NCBI GenBank assembly: GCA_964618905.1
Contig: CAZUDK010000001.1
Span: 92,614-156,613, forward strand
DNA length: 64,000 bases
Direction of reading: 5' to 3'
DNA from: an uncultured Candidatus Saccharibacteria bacterium
GTDB lineage: Bacteria > Patescibacteriota > Minisyncoccia > Phycocordibacterales > Zambryskibacteraceae
Both the position numbers and the translations under genes were made by a program. A model generated the notes under the pieces. The model had not been told where the DNA came from and made no database searches. It saw nothing but the letters and a program-made list of their open reading frames with translations. Every line of letters starts with the position of its first letter. Position 1 is the first letter of the stretch. Below are positions 45,587-55,148 of this stretch, piece after piece.

Positions 45587-47749
45587 TTATTTCCCTCCCG
45601 TCCTTGCTTCTATGATTTCCTGCTCAACATTCTTAGGCACCACAGCATAGTGGTCGAATTCCATTGTTGCCGAACCTCGGCCTTCTGTCATCGAACGCAG
45701 GTTTGTTACATATCCGAACATTTCCGACAGCGGCACGAATGCCCTAACAACCTTAAGATCTCCTCTCTCTTCCATGGCCTCTATCTGACCTCTCTTACTG
45801 GACAAGTTGCCTGTTACATCACCCATGAACTTATCAGGGACAACTACTTCCACTTTCATAATAGGCTCGAGGAGCACAGGTTTTGCCTTCTTGGCTGCTT
45901 CTTGGAATGCCTGGCTGGCAGCTATCTTGTATGCAATCTCAGACGAGTCCACATCGTGATAAGAACCAAAGAGAAGTTCCGCAGAAATGCCTGTCATCTT
46001 GTATCCGGCAAGCACACCTCTATCCATAGCTTCTTTGATACCCTTTTCTACTGCAGGGATAAACTCCTGAGGAATAACACCTCCTTTGATCGAATCAATG
46101 AACTCGAAACCTTCTTCTCGATGCACGTTCTTCGGCACCTTTTCATCTGGATCATAGTCAGGAAGAGGTTTGATCTTGATCTTAACGTGTCCGTACTGAC
46201 CCTTACCTCCTGTCTGCTTAATGTATTTATTCTCGACTTCTGCTTCGCCTTGGATGGTTTCTTTATATGATACCTGAGGCTTGCCAACATTGGCTTCAAC
46301 AGCGAATTCTCGCTTGAGTCTGTCAACGATAATCTCCAAGTGGAGCTCACCCATACCCATAATGACAGTCTCTCCGGTCTCTGAATCTGTTTTGATCTTA
46401 AATGTTGGGTCTTCATCTGAAAGACGCTTGAGAGCCATACCCATTTTCTCTTGGTCAGCCTTGGTCTTAGGCTCAATACGAAGCGAGATAACCGGCTCAG
46501 GGAATGTGATTTGGTCAAGAATTATAGGATGATTCTCATCACAGAAAGTATGCGAGGTCTTAGCATCCTTGAGACCAACCGCAGCTGCAATCTCTCCGGC
46601 AAAAACCTTCTTAACTTCTTCTCTCTTATCTGCCTGCAGACGCACGATTCTTCCGAGACGCTCTTTCTCATCAAGAGTTGAGTTGTATATATAGGTACCG
46701 GACTCTACAGTACCGGAATAAACACGGAAGAAAGTGAGCTGACCGACAAACGGGTCAGACTGCAATTTAAATGCAAGAGCTGAGAAAGGTTCGCTGTCTG
46801 AAGCATGTCTTTCTATCTCCTCGCCTGTCCTTGGGTCGATGCCTTTTACAGGAGGCACATCAAGAGGACTCGGCAAAAAGTCCACCACCGCGTCGAGAAC
46901 CAGCTGCACGCCCTTGTTCTTGAGGGCGGAACCGGCAAACACGGGGAAAACATTATTAGCTATAACCGCCTTTCTGAGCGTTGCTTTAAGGTCTTCATAG
47001 CCTATTTCCTTGCCGTCGAGGTACTGATTCATCAGAGCTTCATCGTTTTCAACGATCTTTTCCACCAATTCAGCGCGATATTTTTCAACATCCGCCTTCA
47101 TGTTCTCCGGAATCTCCTTTTCCACTATCTTGTCGCCCATAGGGCCTTCAAAGTAGTAAGCCTTCATGCGCAAAAGATGCACCAAACCTTCATGCTTGTC
47201 TTCTTCGCCGATTGGCAAGGTCATTCTGACTGCATTCTTGGACAGTCGGTTTAAAATGCTCTGGAAAGAGCGCTCAAAAGATGCTCCGGTCCTGTCTATC
47301 TTGTTTATGAAGCAGATTCTTGGAACATGAGCTTCTTCAGCATATCTCCAGTTGGTTTCCGACTGAGGCTCCACTCCGGCAACTCCGTCAAAGACCACCA
47401 TGGCGCCGTCGAGCACCCTAAGAGAGCGCTTAACCTCAACTGTAAAGTCTATGTGACCTGGAGTGTCGATAATATTGAAACGATATTTATTCTCTTTCTT
47501 CAGCCTCTCGCCTTCTGGAATGTTTGTGGGTCCCCAAAAACATGTTACAGCAGCGGCTGTGATAGTAATGCCGCGCTCTTTCTCCTGCTCCATCCAGTCG
47601 GTGGTAGCTTCACCTTCATGCACCTCACCGATCTTGTGCTGAGAACCGGTATAGTAAAGCACGCGTTCAGACGTGGTGGTTTTACCCGCATCCACGTGGG
47701 CGACAATTCCAAAGTTTCTAATTCTTTCTAACGGATAGTCTCTCTCCAT
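45587..47749 (-). CDS. fusA: elongation factor G
   Basis: AHVDAGKTTTSERVLYYTG...; 720 aa. Confidence 0.98.
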   Translation of the reverse strand: MERDYPLERIRNFGIVAHVDAGKTTTSERVLYYTGSQHKIGEVHEGEATTDWMEQEKERGITITAAAVTCFWGPTNIPEGERLKKENKYRFNIIDTPGHIDFTVEVKRSLRVLDGAMVVFDGVAGVEPQSETNWRYAEEAHVPRICFINKIDRTGASFERSFQSILNRLSKNAVRMTLPIGEEDKHEGLVHLLRMKAYYFEGPMGDKIVEKEIPENMKADVEKYRAELVEKIVENDEALMNQYLDGKEIGYEDLKATLRKAVIANNVFPVFAGSALKNKGVQLVLDAVVDFLPSPLDVPPVKGIDPRTGEEIERHASDSEPFSALAFKLQSDPFVGQLTFFRVYSGTVESGTYIYNSTLDEKERLGRIVRLQADKREEVKKVFAGEIAAAVGLKDAKTSHTFCDENHPIILDQITFPEPVISLRIEPKTKADQEKMGMALKRLSDEDPTFKIKTDSETGETVIMGMGELHLEIIVDRLKREFAVEANVGKPQVSYKETIQGEAEVENKYIKQTGGKGQYGHVKIKIKPLPDYDPDEKVPKNVHREEGFEFIDSIKGGVIPQEFIPAVEKGIKEAMDRGVLAGYKMTGISAELLFGSYHDVDSSEIAYKIAASQAFQEAAKKAKPVLLEPIMKVEVVVPDKFMGDVTGNLSSKRGQIEAMEERGDLKVVRAFVPLSEMFGYVTNLRSMTEGRGSATMEFDHYAVVPKNVEQEIIEARTGGK

Positions 47750-47905
47750 ATTTATAATTTTAAATAAAAATGAGCAGCAAAATTACTGCCAGATGGCATC
47801 ATAATACAGTAAAGCATAGAAAAAACAACAGCGCCCTAACCAGACACCACTTTCCCCTCTCGCACAACTTATATTTCCATTCTCAACCGTATACAATGTC
47901 GAGTC

Positions 47906-48475
47906 ATGAATCCTTTAATAAAAAATCATTTTAAGTTTTTACTTGTTTTTATTTTAATAATTACGTTTGCATTATTCCCTGTTCCTTTCAAATCTTCAGA
48001 CAAAGTAGCCGAAGCCGCCCAGACTGCTTCGCAGCCCATTTCATCCTATGATCCTCCGTTGTGGCTCTACATTCCTTCAATCAATCTCTCTTCATCTATA
48101 GAAGGCGTTGGCATAAACAATAAAGGCAACATGGATGTACCTTCCGGACGCACAAACAATGTTGGCTGGTACAAGTACGGGACGCTTCCTGGCGAAACTG
48201 GCACGGCAGTCCTCGATGCGCATAACACTGCAGCCTTTAAAAATCTTCACATGCTAAATCCAGGCAGCGACATATATGTAATCACCAAAGCCGGCAGAGT
48301 GCTGCACTTCACAGCTACCGAAACGAAGACATATCCGGTAGCCACCCTCTCCCGCTATACCCTCTTTGAAGATACGGATGCAAAGCAGATCAACCTCATA
48401 ACCTGCGCCGGCACCCTTCTCGGCAACGGCGAAGCCAGCCATCGCCTGATAGTGTCTGCACAACTGGCAGCATAA
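47906..48475 (+). CDS. sortase family transpeptidase
   Basis: N-terminal TM anchor; conserved His region (TAVLDAHN), TLxTC catalytic motif (INLITCAG), Arg downstream. Confidence 0.7.
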   Translation: MNPLIKNHFKFLLVFILIITFALFPVPFKSSDKVAEAAQTASQPISSYDPPLWLYIPSINLSSSIEGVGINNKGNMDVPSGRTNNVGWYKYGTLPGETGTAVLDAHNTAAFKNLHMLNPGSDIYVITKAGRVLHFTATETKTYPVATLSRYTLFEDTDAKQINLITCAGTLLGNGEASHRLIVSAQLAA

Positions 48476-48675
48476 AAATACAACTCAAAGGTTCAATTTC
48501 CTAAGAAGCTCAAGGCAGAAATGAGCACAGCGAGAAAGCTGTATAAAAAATGAATTACGAGGCTCTTTTGCCGATACTCGAGACGCAAGTGAATTTGCGA
48601 CTAAGCTGTATAAAAAATACTGCGCAGGAGCAAATGAGCGCAGCAACGAAGAGTATCGGCAAAAGAGACCGTAAT

Positions 48676-49146
48676 TTACCAGGCGAAGTGAGCGAAGGCT
48701 TTATTAGCCTCTGCCATCTTGTGAGTATTTTCCCTCTTCTTGATAGCTTCGCCTTCATTGTTTGAAGCAGCGACAATCTCTTCAGCTAGAAGTTCATACA
48801 TAGGCTTGCCGGTTTTAGCGCGAGCTGCATTGATGATCCATTTCATAGACAAATACTGTCTTCTCTCAGGTCTTACTTCGCGAGGGATCTGGTAGTTGGC
48901 ACCTCCAACTCTTCTTGAGCGAACTTCCATGGTTGGTCCTGTGTTCTTTAAAGCAAGCTCGAATACTTCAAGAGGATTCGGGTTTTTAGTTTTGTTCTTG
49001 ATCTCTTCAAGAGCCTGATAAACGATTTTCCTGGCAGTGGTTTTCTTGCCGCTTAGCATTACGTAGTTTATAAACTTCGTAACTTTCTCAGAATCATATG
49101 TAAAATCCGGTCGGATAGGAGGTTTTGCTTTAAGTTTTCTTCTCAT
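48676..49146 (-). CDS. rpsG: 30S ribosomal protein S7
   Basis: Sequence: ...[20 protein letters not shown]. Confidence 0.95.
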   Translation of the reverse strand: MRRKLKAKPPIRPDFTYDSEKVTKFINYVMLSGKKTTARKIVYQALEEIKNKTKNPNPLEVFELALKNTGPTMEVRSRRVGGANYQIPREVRPERRQYLSMKWIINAARAKTGKPMYELLAEEIVAASNNEGEAIKKRENTHKMAEANKAFAHFAW

Positions 49147-49158
49147 ATCAAAATTTAA

Positions 49159-49581
49159 TTAAGCCTTAGGCTTTTTAGCACCATACTGGGAGCGGCCTTT
49201 CTTGCGCTTTTCTACGCCTGCAGCATCGAGCTTGCCTCTTACTACTGTATATCGGATACCAACATCCTTTACTCTACCGCCTCTAAGTAGCACCACCGAG
49301 TGCTCCTGCAAGTTGTGTCCCATGCCTGGAATATAACCTGTAACTTCCATACCGTTGGTCAAGCGGACTCTGGCGATCTTTCGGATAGCTGAGTTAGGCT
49401 TCTTAGGAGTCTTGGTCGTAACCTTTGTGGCTACGCCTCTTTTGAATGGAGAATTATAGAATACCGGCCTGTTCTTCAAAGTATTGAAACCGCGCGTCAA
49501 AGCAATCGCCTTGGACTTCTTAGCGACTTTCTTTCTCTTTTTCCTAACAAGCTGATTGATTGTGGACATACACCCTAACAA
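49159..49581 (-). CDS. rpsL: 30S ribosomal protein S12
   Basis: Sequence and position at the head of the str operon. Confidence 0.95.
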   Translation of the reverse strand: MLGCMSTINQLVRKKRKKVAKKSKAIALTRGFNTLKNRPVFYNSPFKRGVATKVTTKTPKKPNSAIRKIARVRLTNGMEVTGYIPGMGHNLQEHSVVLLRGGRVKDVGIRYTVVRGKLDAAGVEKRKKGRSQYGAKKPKA

Positions 49582-49702
49582 ATTTTGCCATTATCTTACC
49601 TACCCAAACTTTGCATTACTACAGCAAAATTTGAGAGGGTAAAAACTCTCCAAAACGGAGACACCTACTCTACTAAAGATTTCTATAAAACGCAAACCAG
49701 CC

Positions 49703-50323
49703 TTACATCAAAGGCATCCCTGAAATAAGCTCAAAGAAGTAAAAGACTATAGGAGCCACAAGCTGCCATACGAGAAAAATGAAAAGAATAACCAGAATTA
49801 GCCCGTATCTCTCGAAGAAATACCTCATTTTATACAGTTTCTCAGGGAAGAGAGCGAATAAGAGCTTTGAACCATCAAGCGGCGGAATCGGCATGAGGTT
49901 GAATACAGCCAGCAATATATTAATGAATATCACCAGCGAAGTTATTTCTATAAAAGCAGAACTGGCATATCCTCCTGAAACCGAGAGTCTCAAAATAATG
50001 CCGAAAATAAGAGCGATTGAAATGTTGGAGGCTGGGCCGGCTAAAGCCACAAGCGGTTCAGACCACCTGCCGGGTCGAAGATTGTGAGGATTATAAGGCA
50101 CAGGCTTGGCCCAGCCAAAGATGAATCCACCCATTACATAAGAGAGAGCAGGCACTAGAAAAGAGCCTACTGGGTCCAAATGGTTCAGAGGATTTAAGGT
50201 CAAACGGCCTTCATACTTGGCTGTCGGATCGCCGAGAGAGTTGGCAGCAAAGCCGTGCGAGACTTCGTGCACCACCACCGACATGATAAGAATGGCTATT
50301 TGAAAGATGAAATCTACTTGCAT
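49703..50323 (-). CDS. site-2 protease family (M50) zinc metalloprotease
   Basis: HEVSHG (HExxH) within a TM helix; polytopic. Confidence 0.7.
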   Translation of the reverse strand: MQVDFIFQIAILIMSVVVHEVSHGFAANSLGDPTAKYEGRLTLNPLNHLDPVGSFLVPALSYVMGGFIFGWAKPVPYNPHNLRPGRWSEPLVALAGPASNISIALIFGIILRLSVSGGYASSAFIEITSLVIFINILLAVFNLMPIPPLDGSKLLFALFPEKLYKMRYFFERYGLILVILFIFLVWQLVAPIVFYFFELISGMPLM

Positions 50324-50383
50324 TACAAGAATTATAACAAATATCGAGAAGAACGCCGCGCATTCGCGCGGCGTTCAGACTGC

Positions 50384-50854
50384 CTATAAGTGGTAAGAGG
50401 GATGAATTCCATCACAATAGTACTCATCAGATGGTTCTACCACCTTTTTCTGAGAATAGCTCTCGGCGGACCATCTATACCCGTAATCATCCGATATGAG
50501 AGGCAGAGCAATCTCCTTTCTTTCTCCGTCCGGATAAATAATTGCATATCTGAGCGGATAACCTTTTGCACTGTAGGCTGACTCCACCATGCAGGGGCGC
50601 TCTCTACTGCCGCAAGGGAATCCAAGCTCGCTGCAGTTTGCACATGGGCGAAATCCTGCATATCCAGTACATGGAAGCAGATCCCATGCCCGATCATAGG
50701 CTTCCTGAAGATTAAGAGACGGAGAGTACCTCCATTCTCCTAAAAGAAGATTGATTCTATCAACCCACCAATCCGGCTTCAGAGCAAAATGTTCAGGCAA
50801 AGCATGCATCATCTGCCTCCTTGTAAGAATGGTAAAAGCAATATCTGGACCCAT
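50384..50854 (-). CDS. hypothetical Cys-rich protein, GC-rich
   Basis: 156 aa ORF with 8 Cys; no family recognised. Confidence 0.35.
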   Translation of the reverse strand: MGPDIAFTILTRRQMMHALPEHFALKPDWWVDRINLLLGEWRYSPSLNLQEAYDRAWDLLPCTGYAGFRPCANCSELGFPCGSRERPCMVESAYSAKGYPLRYAIIYPDGERKEIALPLISDDYGYRWSAESYSQKKVVEPSDEYYCDGIHPSYHL

Positions 50855-50896
50855 TCTGAGTCTTGCTTGTAATTAAATCAAGTTTAGGTTAGTCTA

Positions 50897-51151
50897 TTGA
50901 ACATTATGGCTAAGATTTGCCCGGTAACAAAAAAGACTTCACAGGTCGGAGGCGGCTATTCCAACAGGACTCGTGCCACCAAGTTCAACCCGACCGGCAC
51001 TAAGCGCAGGTATCCAAACCTGCAGAAGAAACGTGTCTATGTACCGGAGCTCAAGAAGACAATAACTCTTACCCTCTCGGCTCGAGGTATCAAGACGATC
51101 AACAAGCGTGGCGCTTACAAAACACTCAAAAAAGCAGGAGTCATAAAATAA
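50897..51151 (+). CDS. rpmB: 50S ribosomal protein L28
   Basis: MAKICPVTKKTSQVGGGYSNRTRATKFNP... Confidence 0.85.
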   Translation: MNIMAKICPVTKKTSQVGGGYSNRTRATKFNPTGTKRRYPNLQKKRVYVPELKKTITLTLSARGIKTINKRGAYKTLKKAGVIK

Positions 51152-51254
51152 GCGCTAGAAACGGCTTCTGGCGCTTGTGTTTTCATATTGACAAATCTTA
51201 TTAGGAGGTGTATAGTAATAGATAGAAGCTCTATTACGCCTACCTTTTCACGTC

Positions 51255-51551
51255 ATGGAGGCTGAGATGGAGAGACATTCAATCTTCTGGGCAGTATCAT
51301 TTATCGGGACGTTGTTTGTCGCTGTTCTCATGCTCACTCTCGGCTTGTTTCTCTGGAACATGGGAGGGCTGTGGCTCTTGCCTTCAGTCATTCTCTCATG
51401 CGCAGGGACAGTGCTCGGTGCACTGTCCCTCAATCCCCTTCTGGCTATCCGGCAGGGGATAAAGAAAGACAGAGAAATTCTTGCTCAGCAGGAGAGAGCT
51501 GAGGAAGAATTTCTTCTTCCTCCCAGAGAGAGAATCCACGTTGTGGCCTAA
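51255..51551 (+). CDS. hypothetical membrane protein
   Basis: 98 aa with two or three TM helices; followed by a strong terminator. Confidence 0.4.
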   Translation: MEAEMERHSIFWAVSFIGTLFVAVLMLTLGLFLWNMGGLWLLPSVILSCAGTVLGALSLNPLLAIRQGIKKDREILAQQERAEEEFLLPPRERIHVVA

Positions 51552-51556
51552 GGCCT

Positions 51557-51590
51557 GCGCGGTCCGACGTTTCGGACCGCGCTTTTTATT
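51557..51590 (+). terminator. intrinsic terminator
   Basis: GCGCGGTCCGA-CGTT-TCGGACCGCGC followed by TTTTTATTT. Confidence 0.85.
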
Positions 51591-52449
51591 TCACTTTTAA
51601 TATTTCCCCGTCTGTTTCAAACACTATAGTTCCCTCTTCTGCCGTATTGAGTATTTTTGAACCCAGATTCTTCAGTCTCTTTATAACCTCCGGATGAGGA
51701 TGACCGTACCTATTGTTCTTGCCTGCTGATATTACTGCATATTCCGGAGTAACCGCATCAAGGAAGCTTTGCGAGCTTGAAGTCCGAGAGCCATGATGCC
51801 CGACCTTGAGCACATCCGTATCGAGCTCTCCGGCATTTATGCCAAGAAGTATATTTTCTGTCCGACGCTCGGCATCACCGGTCAAGAGAAAAGACTCGTC
51901 TTTAAAATCTAGCCGAGCTACTATGGAGGCATCATTGCTCTCTAGCCTAGAGACATCCTGATTTGGAAAAAGAATTGTTACCAAAGCTCCGCCGCCAAGA
52001 TCCATAATCATACCCCGCCGAGCTTGCAGGAGTGGTATACCCTTCTCCTCCAAACTTTTCTTTATGGAAGCGCCGGCATTATTCTCAGCTCTCTTGCCGG
52101 AATATACAAAAGCATCCACGTCATACCTGTCCAGCACGAAAGCAAGTCCACCTATATGGTCGGTGTCCGGATGAGTTGCCACCACTGCGTCTATCCTGCT
52201 GTCTCCGAAAGGCAGAGCTTTGCCGAGTTCAGACAGAACTTTGCGGCTGGGCCCGCCATCTATAAGCACTCTGCCGCCGCTCGGCGACTCTATCAGTATC
52301 GCGTCTCCCTGTCCGACATCGAGAAAACTAACTGTCAGATCAGATTGTCTTCCCGCATACACTGCTTGCCAAATAAAAGCATTCAGAATGAGAAGAGCAA
52401 GGATGAGATAAATCTTCCAATGAGACTTGAATGCTTCGACAAATTTCAT
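51586..52449 (-). CDS. stand-alone ComEC-type metallo-beta-lactamase domain protein
   Basis: N-terminal TM anchor; SFLDVGQGDAILIE, HPDTDHIGG, KVGHHGSRTSSS, YGHPHPEV are the ComEC C-terminal MBL-domain signatures. Confidence 0.75.
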   Translation of the reverse strand: MKFVEAFKSHWKIYLILALLILNAFIWQAVYAGRQSDLTVSFLDVGQGDAILIESPSGGRVLIDGGPSRKVLSELGKALPFGDSRIDAVVATHPDTDHIGGLAFVLDRYDVDAFVYSGKRAENNAGASIKKSLEEKGIPLLQARRGMIMDLGGGALVTILFPNQDVSRLESNDASIVARLDFKDESFLLTGDAERRTENILLGINAGELDTDVLKVGHHGSRTSSSQSFLDAVTPEYAVISAGKNNRYGHPHPEVIKRLKNLGSKILNTAEEGTIVFETDGEILKVK

Positions 52450-52548
52450 CGTCTAATTATACAGGTGATATAATGCAAATTACTTATCCTGTTAGGGTCT
52501 AATAGGATTTCAACTAGCATGAAATTTTATTAATTAAATTTTAAAAAC

Positions 52549-53151
52549 ATGAAAAAATTTGAAGAAAGAACATTTAATATTCCTGAACTTAAAGGCATAT
52601 CAGCCAAGAGTGTAGAAGATCATCTGAAACTGTATTCCGGCTATGTAAAGCACACCAACCTTATACAGACAATGATAGATCAATACAGCGGAGTGGATGC
52701 CGAGGATGGCAAATATTCCTTAGCAGAGATCACGCGACGCTTCTCCTTCGAGTTCGACGGCATGAGAAATCATGAATATTATTTCTCTCATTTTGAAGGC
52801 GGGTCGGCAGAACTTTCGGCAGACAGCCCCCTCATGAAAGCTATTGAGGAAGAGTGGGGCTCTTATGATGCATGGCTTACCAGATTTAAGACTGTTGCTT
52901 CCACACGCGGCGTCGGCTGGGCGATACTCTACTACGATCCGATGACAAAGAGACTCTTGAGCAACTGGAATGACGAGCAGCACCTCGGTCATTTGATTGG
53001 CCTCTCACCTGTTTTGACACTCGACATGTGGGAGCACTCCTTCGTTGCAGACTACGGACCTAGCGGCAAGAAGCAGTACATCGATGCCTTCTTTGACAAT
53101 CTCAATTGGCAGACATGCGAAGAGAATTATGCAGCCGCAGCACGAGAATAA
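52549..53151 (+). CDS. sodA: Fe/Mn-family superoxide dismutase (divergent)
   Basis: C-terminal DMWEHSF (DxWEH) metal-ligand motif; 200 aa; divergent N-terminal His region. Confidence 0.65.
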   Translation: MKKFEERTFNIPELKGISAKSVEDHLKLYSGYVKHTNLIQTMIDQYSGVDAEDGKYSLAEITRRFSFEFDGMRNHEYYFSHFEGGSAELSADSPLMKAIEEEWGSYDAWLTRFKTVASTRGVGWAILYYDPMTKRLLSNWNDEQHLGHLIGLSPVLTLDMWEHSFVADYGPSGKKQYIDAFFDNLNWQTCEENYAAAARE

Positions 53152-54772
53152 TCATCACCGCGTAAGAGATAACTGGCAGCCAGACAGGCAAGGGTGGCAT
53201 TTGTATTGAAGAGAGAGACAAATTACCTAAAACATGAGCCACGCCAAGTATCCAAGAGAGCAAGAGATAGACAGGAAACGCAAGAAGCAAGGAGAAAGAA
53301 GCAGGAAGTAAGAAATTAGATACAGCAGCTAGGAAGCCGGTAAGCATTGTAGCGGGAATAAGCAGAAGAATAAGAATATTTGCCGGCAATGATACTAACG
53401 ATACCTGTCCCATAGAATAAATCAGATAAGGCAGAACTACGATTTGAGTAGCTACGGTAGTAACTATCATCGTGCGCACACCCCACTTATCTTCCGATTG
53501 GCTAAGGATCTGCGGGATAAATGTTAGCCTTTGAAAATATTTTTCAATTAGCGGCACTGCATATATCAAGGCAAGAGTTGCAAGCAAGCTGAGCTGGAAA
53601 GAAGGATCAAAGACTAAAATTTTCGGATTCTCCAAGGTCATAAGAAAAGCAGCAGCAAGAAGCGCTCGCGGAGCAGAGTAGCTTCTGCCAAATAATTTAG
53701 CCGCAATAACAGCCAGGACCATGATGCTGGCGCGGACCACGGTAGCCTGAGCACCCGTCATCAGCACAAAGAAAATGATTCCCAAGATAGAAGCACCTGC
53801 GGCAAGAGATGGGCGCGCCCCCACTCTTCCTAGCAAAAACAAATTTTCGAACAGCTTCCGCATAAACTCCGAGATAATAGCGATGTTGTAGCCTGAGAGA
53901 ACTACTATGTGCACCACTCCAGCACGCCGAAACTCATCCACAATTGCTTTCGGCATAGCATCCTTACCGGCTACGACAAGCCCAGCCAAAAGAGATGCAT
54001 GCGGTTCAGGAAAAATATCTCTGATCTTTCCCACAAAACTTCTTTTAATACTAAGAAGTGCTCGCTTTAGAGGATTGCCGCCTCCACTTGAAAGCACTTT
54101 TGCATCTGCAAAGCTCAAAATAAAATAAATATCATCTTTCGCCAGATATTTGCTGTAATCAAAAGGTCTGCCTACTCCATCATCTATCAATCCAGGCTTC
54201 TCTAGCTCACCTTCAGCGAGAACAGCATCTCCATACGAAACATCCAGCGACAAATCTGCTTTCACTAAAACTTTTTCCATGCCTGCATCAACCACAAACT
54301 GCGTGTAACTGTCTTTGAACTCCGGCTCGGAAATCACCAAGCCTTCTATCTCCGCCTCCTCTCCAACTCTGCTTTGGAGATTCGGATCAATTATATGAAA
54401 ATCTTTTATGTCATAGCGCAAAACACCGAAAGAAAAAGAAGCAGCAGCCAAAACCAAAAGCAATACTTCCCTCCTCGGCAGCTTGCTTGAAACTTTCTCG
54501 GCAAAATAAATTCCAATGGCGATCAAAAAAATTAAAACCGCCGCAAGCGGCGGAATAAATACATATGAAGATACAAGTACAGCGGAAAAGAAAAACCATA
54601 TAAAAACAAAAATAAATTTCTCCCGTGCTAAATATTCATCGACCCTATCAAAGCTGGATCGGGTATTCGTTTCGCGGTCCATTGTATAAATCCGGAACCT
54701 TTCTGTCTGCAAACATTGTAGCGATCTGATCGCAGCGCTCGTTGGCTTCGTGCCCTGAGTGGCCGGCAACAT
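53102..54772 (-). CDS. comEC: ComEC/Rec2 DNA-uptake channel (DUF4131 plus competence domain; no MBL domain)
   Basis: Polytopic membrane protein of ~525 aa with ComEC competence-domain features. Likely start is MDRETN... at ~54682, removing most of the overlap with rnhA. Confidence 0.75.
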   Translation of the reverse strand: MLPATQGTKPTSAAIRSLQCLQTERFRIYTMDRETNTRSSFDRVDEYLAREKFIFVFIWFFFSAVLVSSYVFIPPLAAVLIFLIAIGIYFAEKVSSKLPRREVLLLVLAAASFSFGVLRYDIKDFHIIDPNLQSRVGEEAEIEGLVISEPEFKDSYTQFVVDAGMEKVLVKADLSLDVSYGDAVLAEGELEKPGLIDDGVGRPFDYSKYLAKDDIYFILSFADAKVLSSGGGNPLKRALLSIKRSFVGKIRDIFPEPHASLLAGLVVAGKDAMPKAIVDEFRRAGVVHIVVLSGYNIAIISEFMRKLFENLFLLGRVGARPSLAAGASILGIIFFVLMTGAQATVVRASIMVLAVIAAKLFGRSYSAPRALLAAAFLMTLENPKILVFDPSFQLSLLATLALIYAVPLIEKYFQRLTFIPQILSQSEDKWGVRTMIVTTVATQIVVLPYLIYSMGQVSLVSLPANILILLLIPATMLTGFLAAVSNFLLPASFSLLLAFPVYLLLSWILGVAHVLGNLSLSSIQMPPLPVWLPVISYAVMIILVLRLHNSLRMSAN

Positions 54773-55139
54773 ATTTCCATTGAATGTTCTTACCTTCCGA
54801 AACCTTCAGAAGCTCTTGCCAGAGATCTTGATTGAGCACCGGCTTCTTTGCAGCAGTCTTCCAACCTCTTTTCTGCCAGCCTTCGATCCACTCTGTAATA
54901 CCTTTCATTACATACTCGGAATCTGTATAAATAACAGCTTCTTGGTTCTGGCTGCTAGCTTCTAGCTTAGATACAAACACCAGAACTTCTATAGCAGCAG
55001 TTAATTCCATCCTGTTATTGGTAGTGTGCTCTTCCCTGCCGCCAAGCTCTCGCACTTCCTGCTCTGTCGCCACTATCGCCCCCCAACCCCCTGGCCCGGG
55101 GTTACCTCTCGAAGAGCCGTCTGTATAGATTGTTATCAT
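54648..55139 (-). CDS. rnhA: ribonuclease HI
   Basis: ITIYTDGSSRGNPGPGGWG, MELTAAIEVL, YTDSEYV. Confidence 0.9.
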   Translation of the reverse strand: MITIYTDGSSRGNPGPGGWGAIVATEQEVRELGGREEHTTNNRMELTAAIEVLVFVSKLEASSQNQEAVIYTDSEYVMKGITEWIEGWQKRGWKTAAKKPVLNQDLWQELLKVSEGKNIQWKYVAGHSGHEANERCDQIATMFADRKVPDLYNGPRNEYPIQL

Positions 55140-55148
55140 TTGTTTTAT

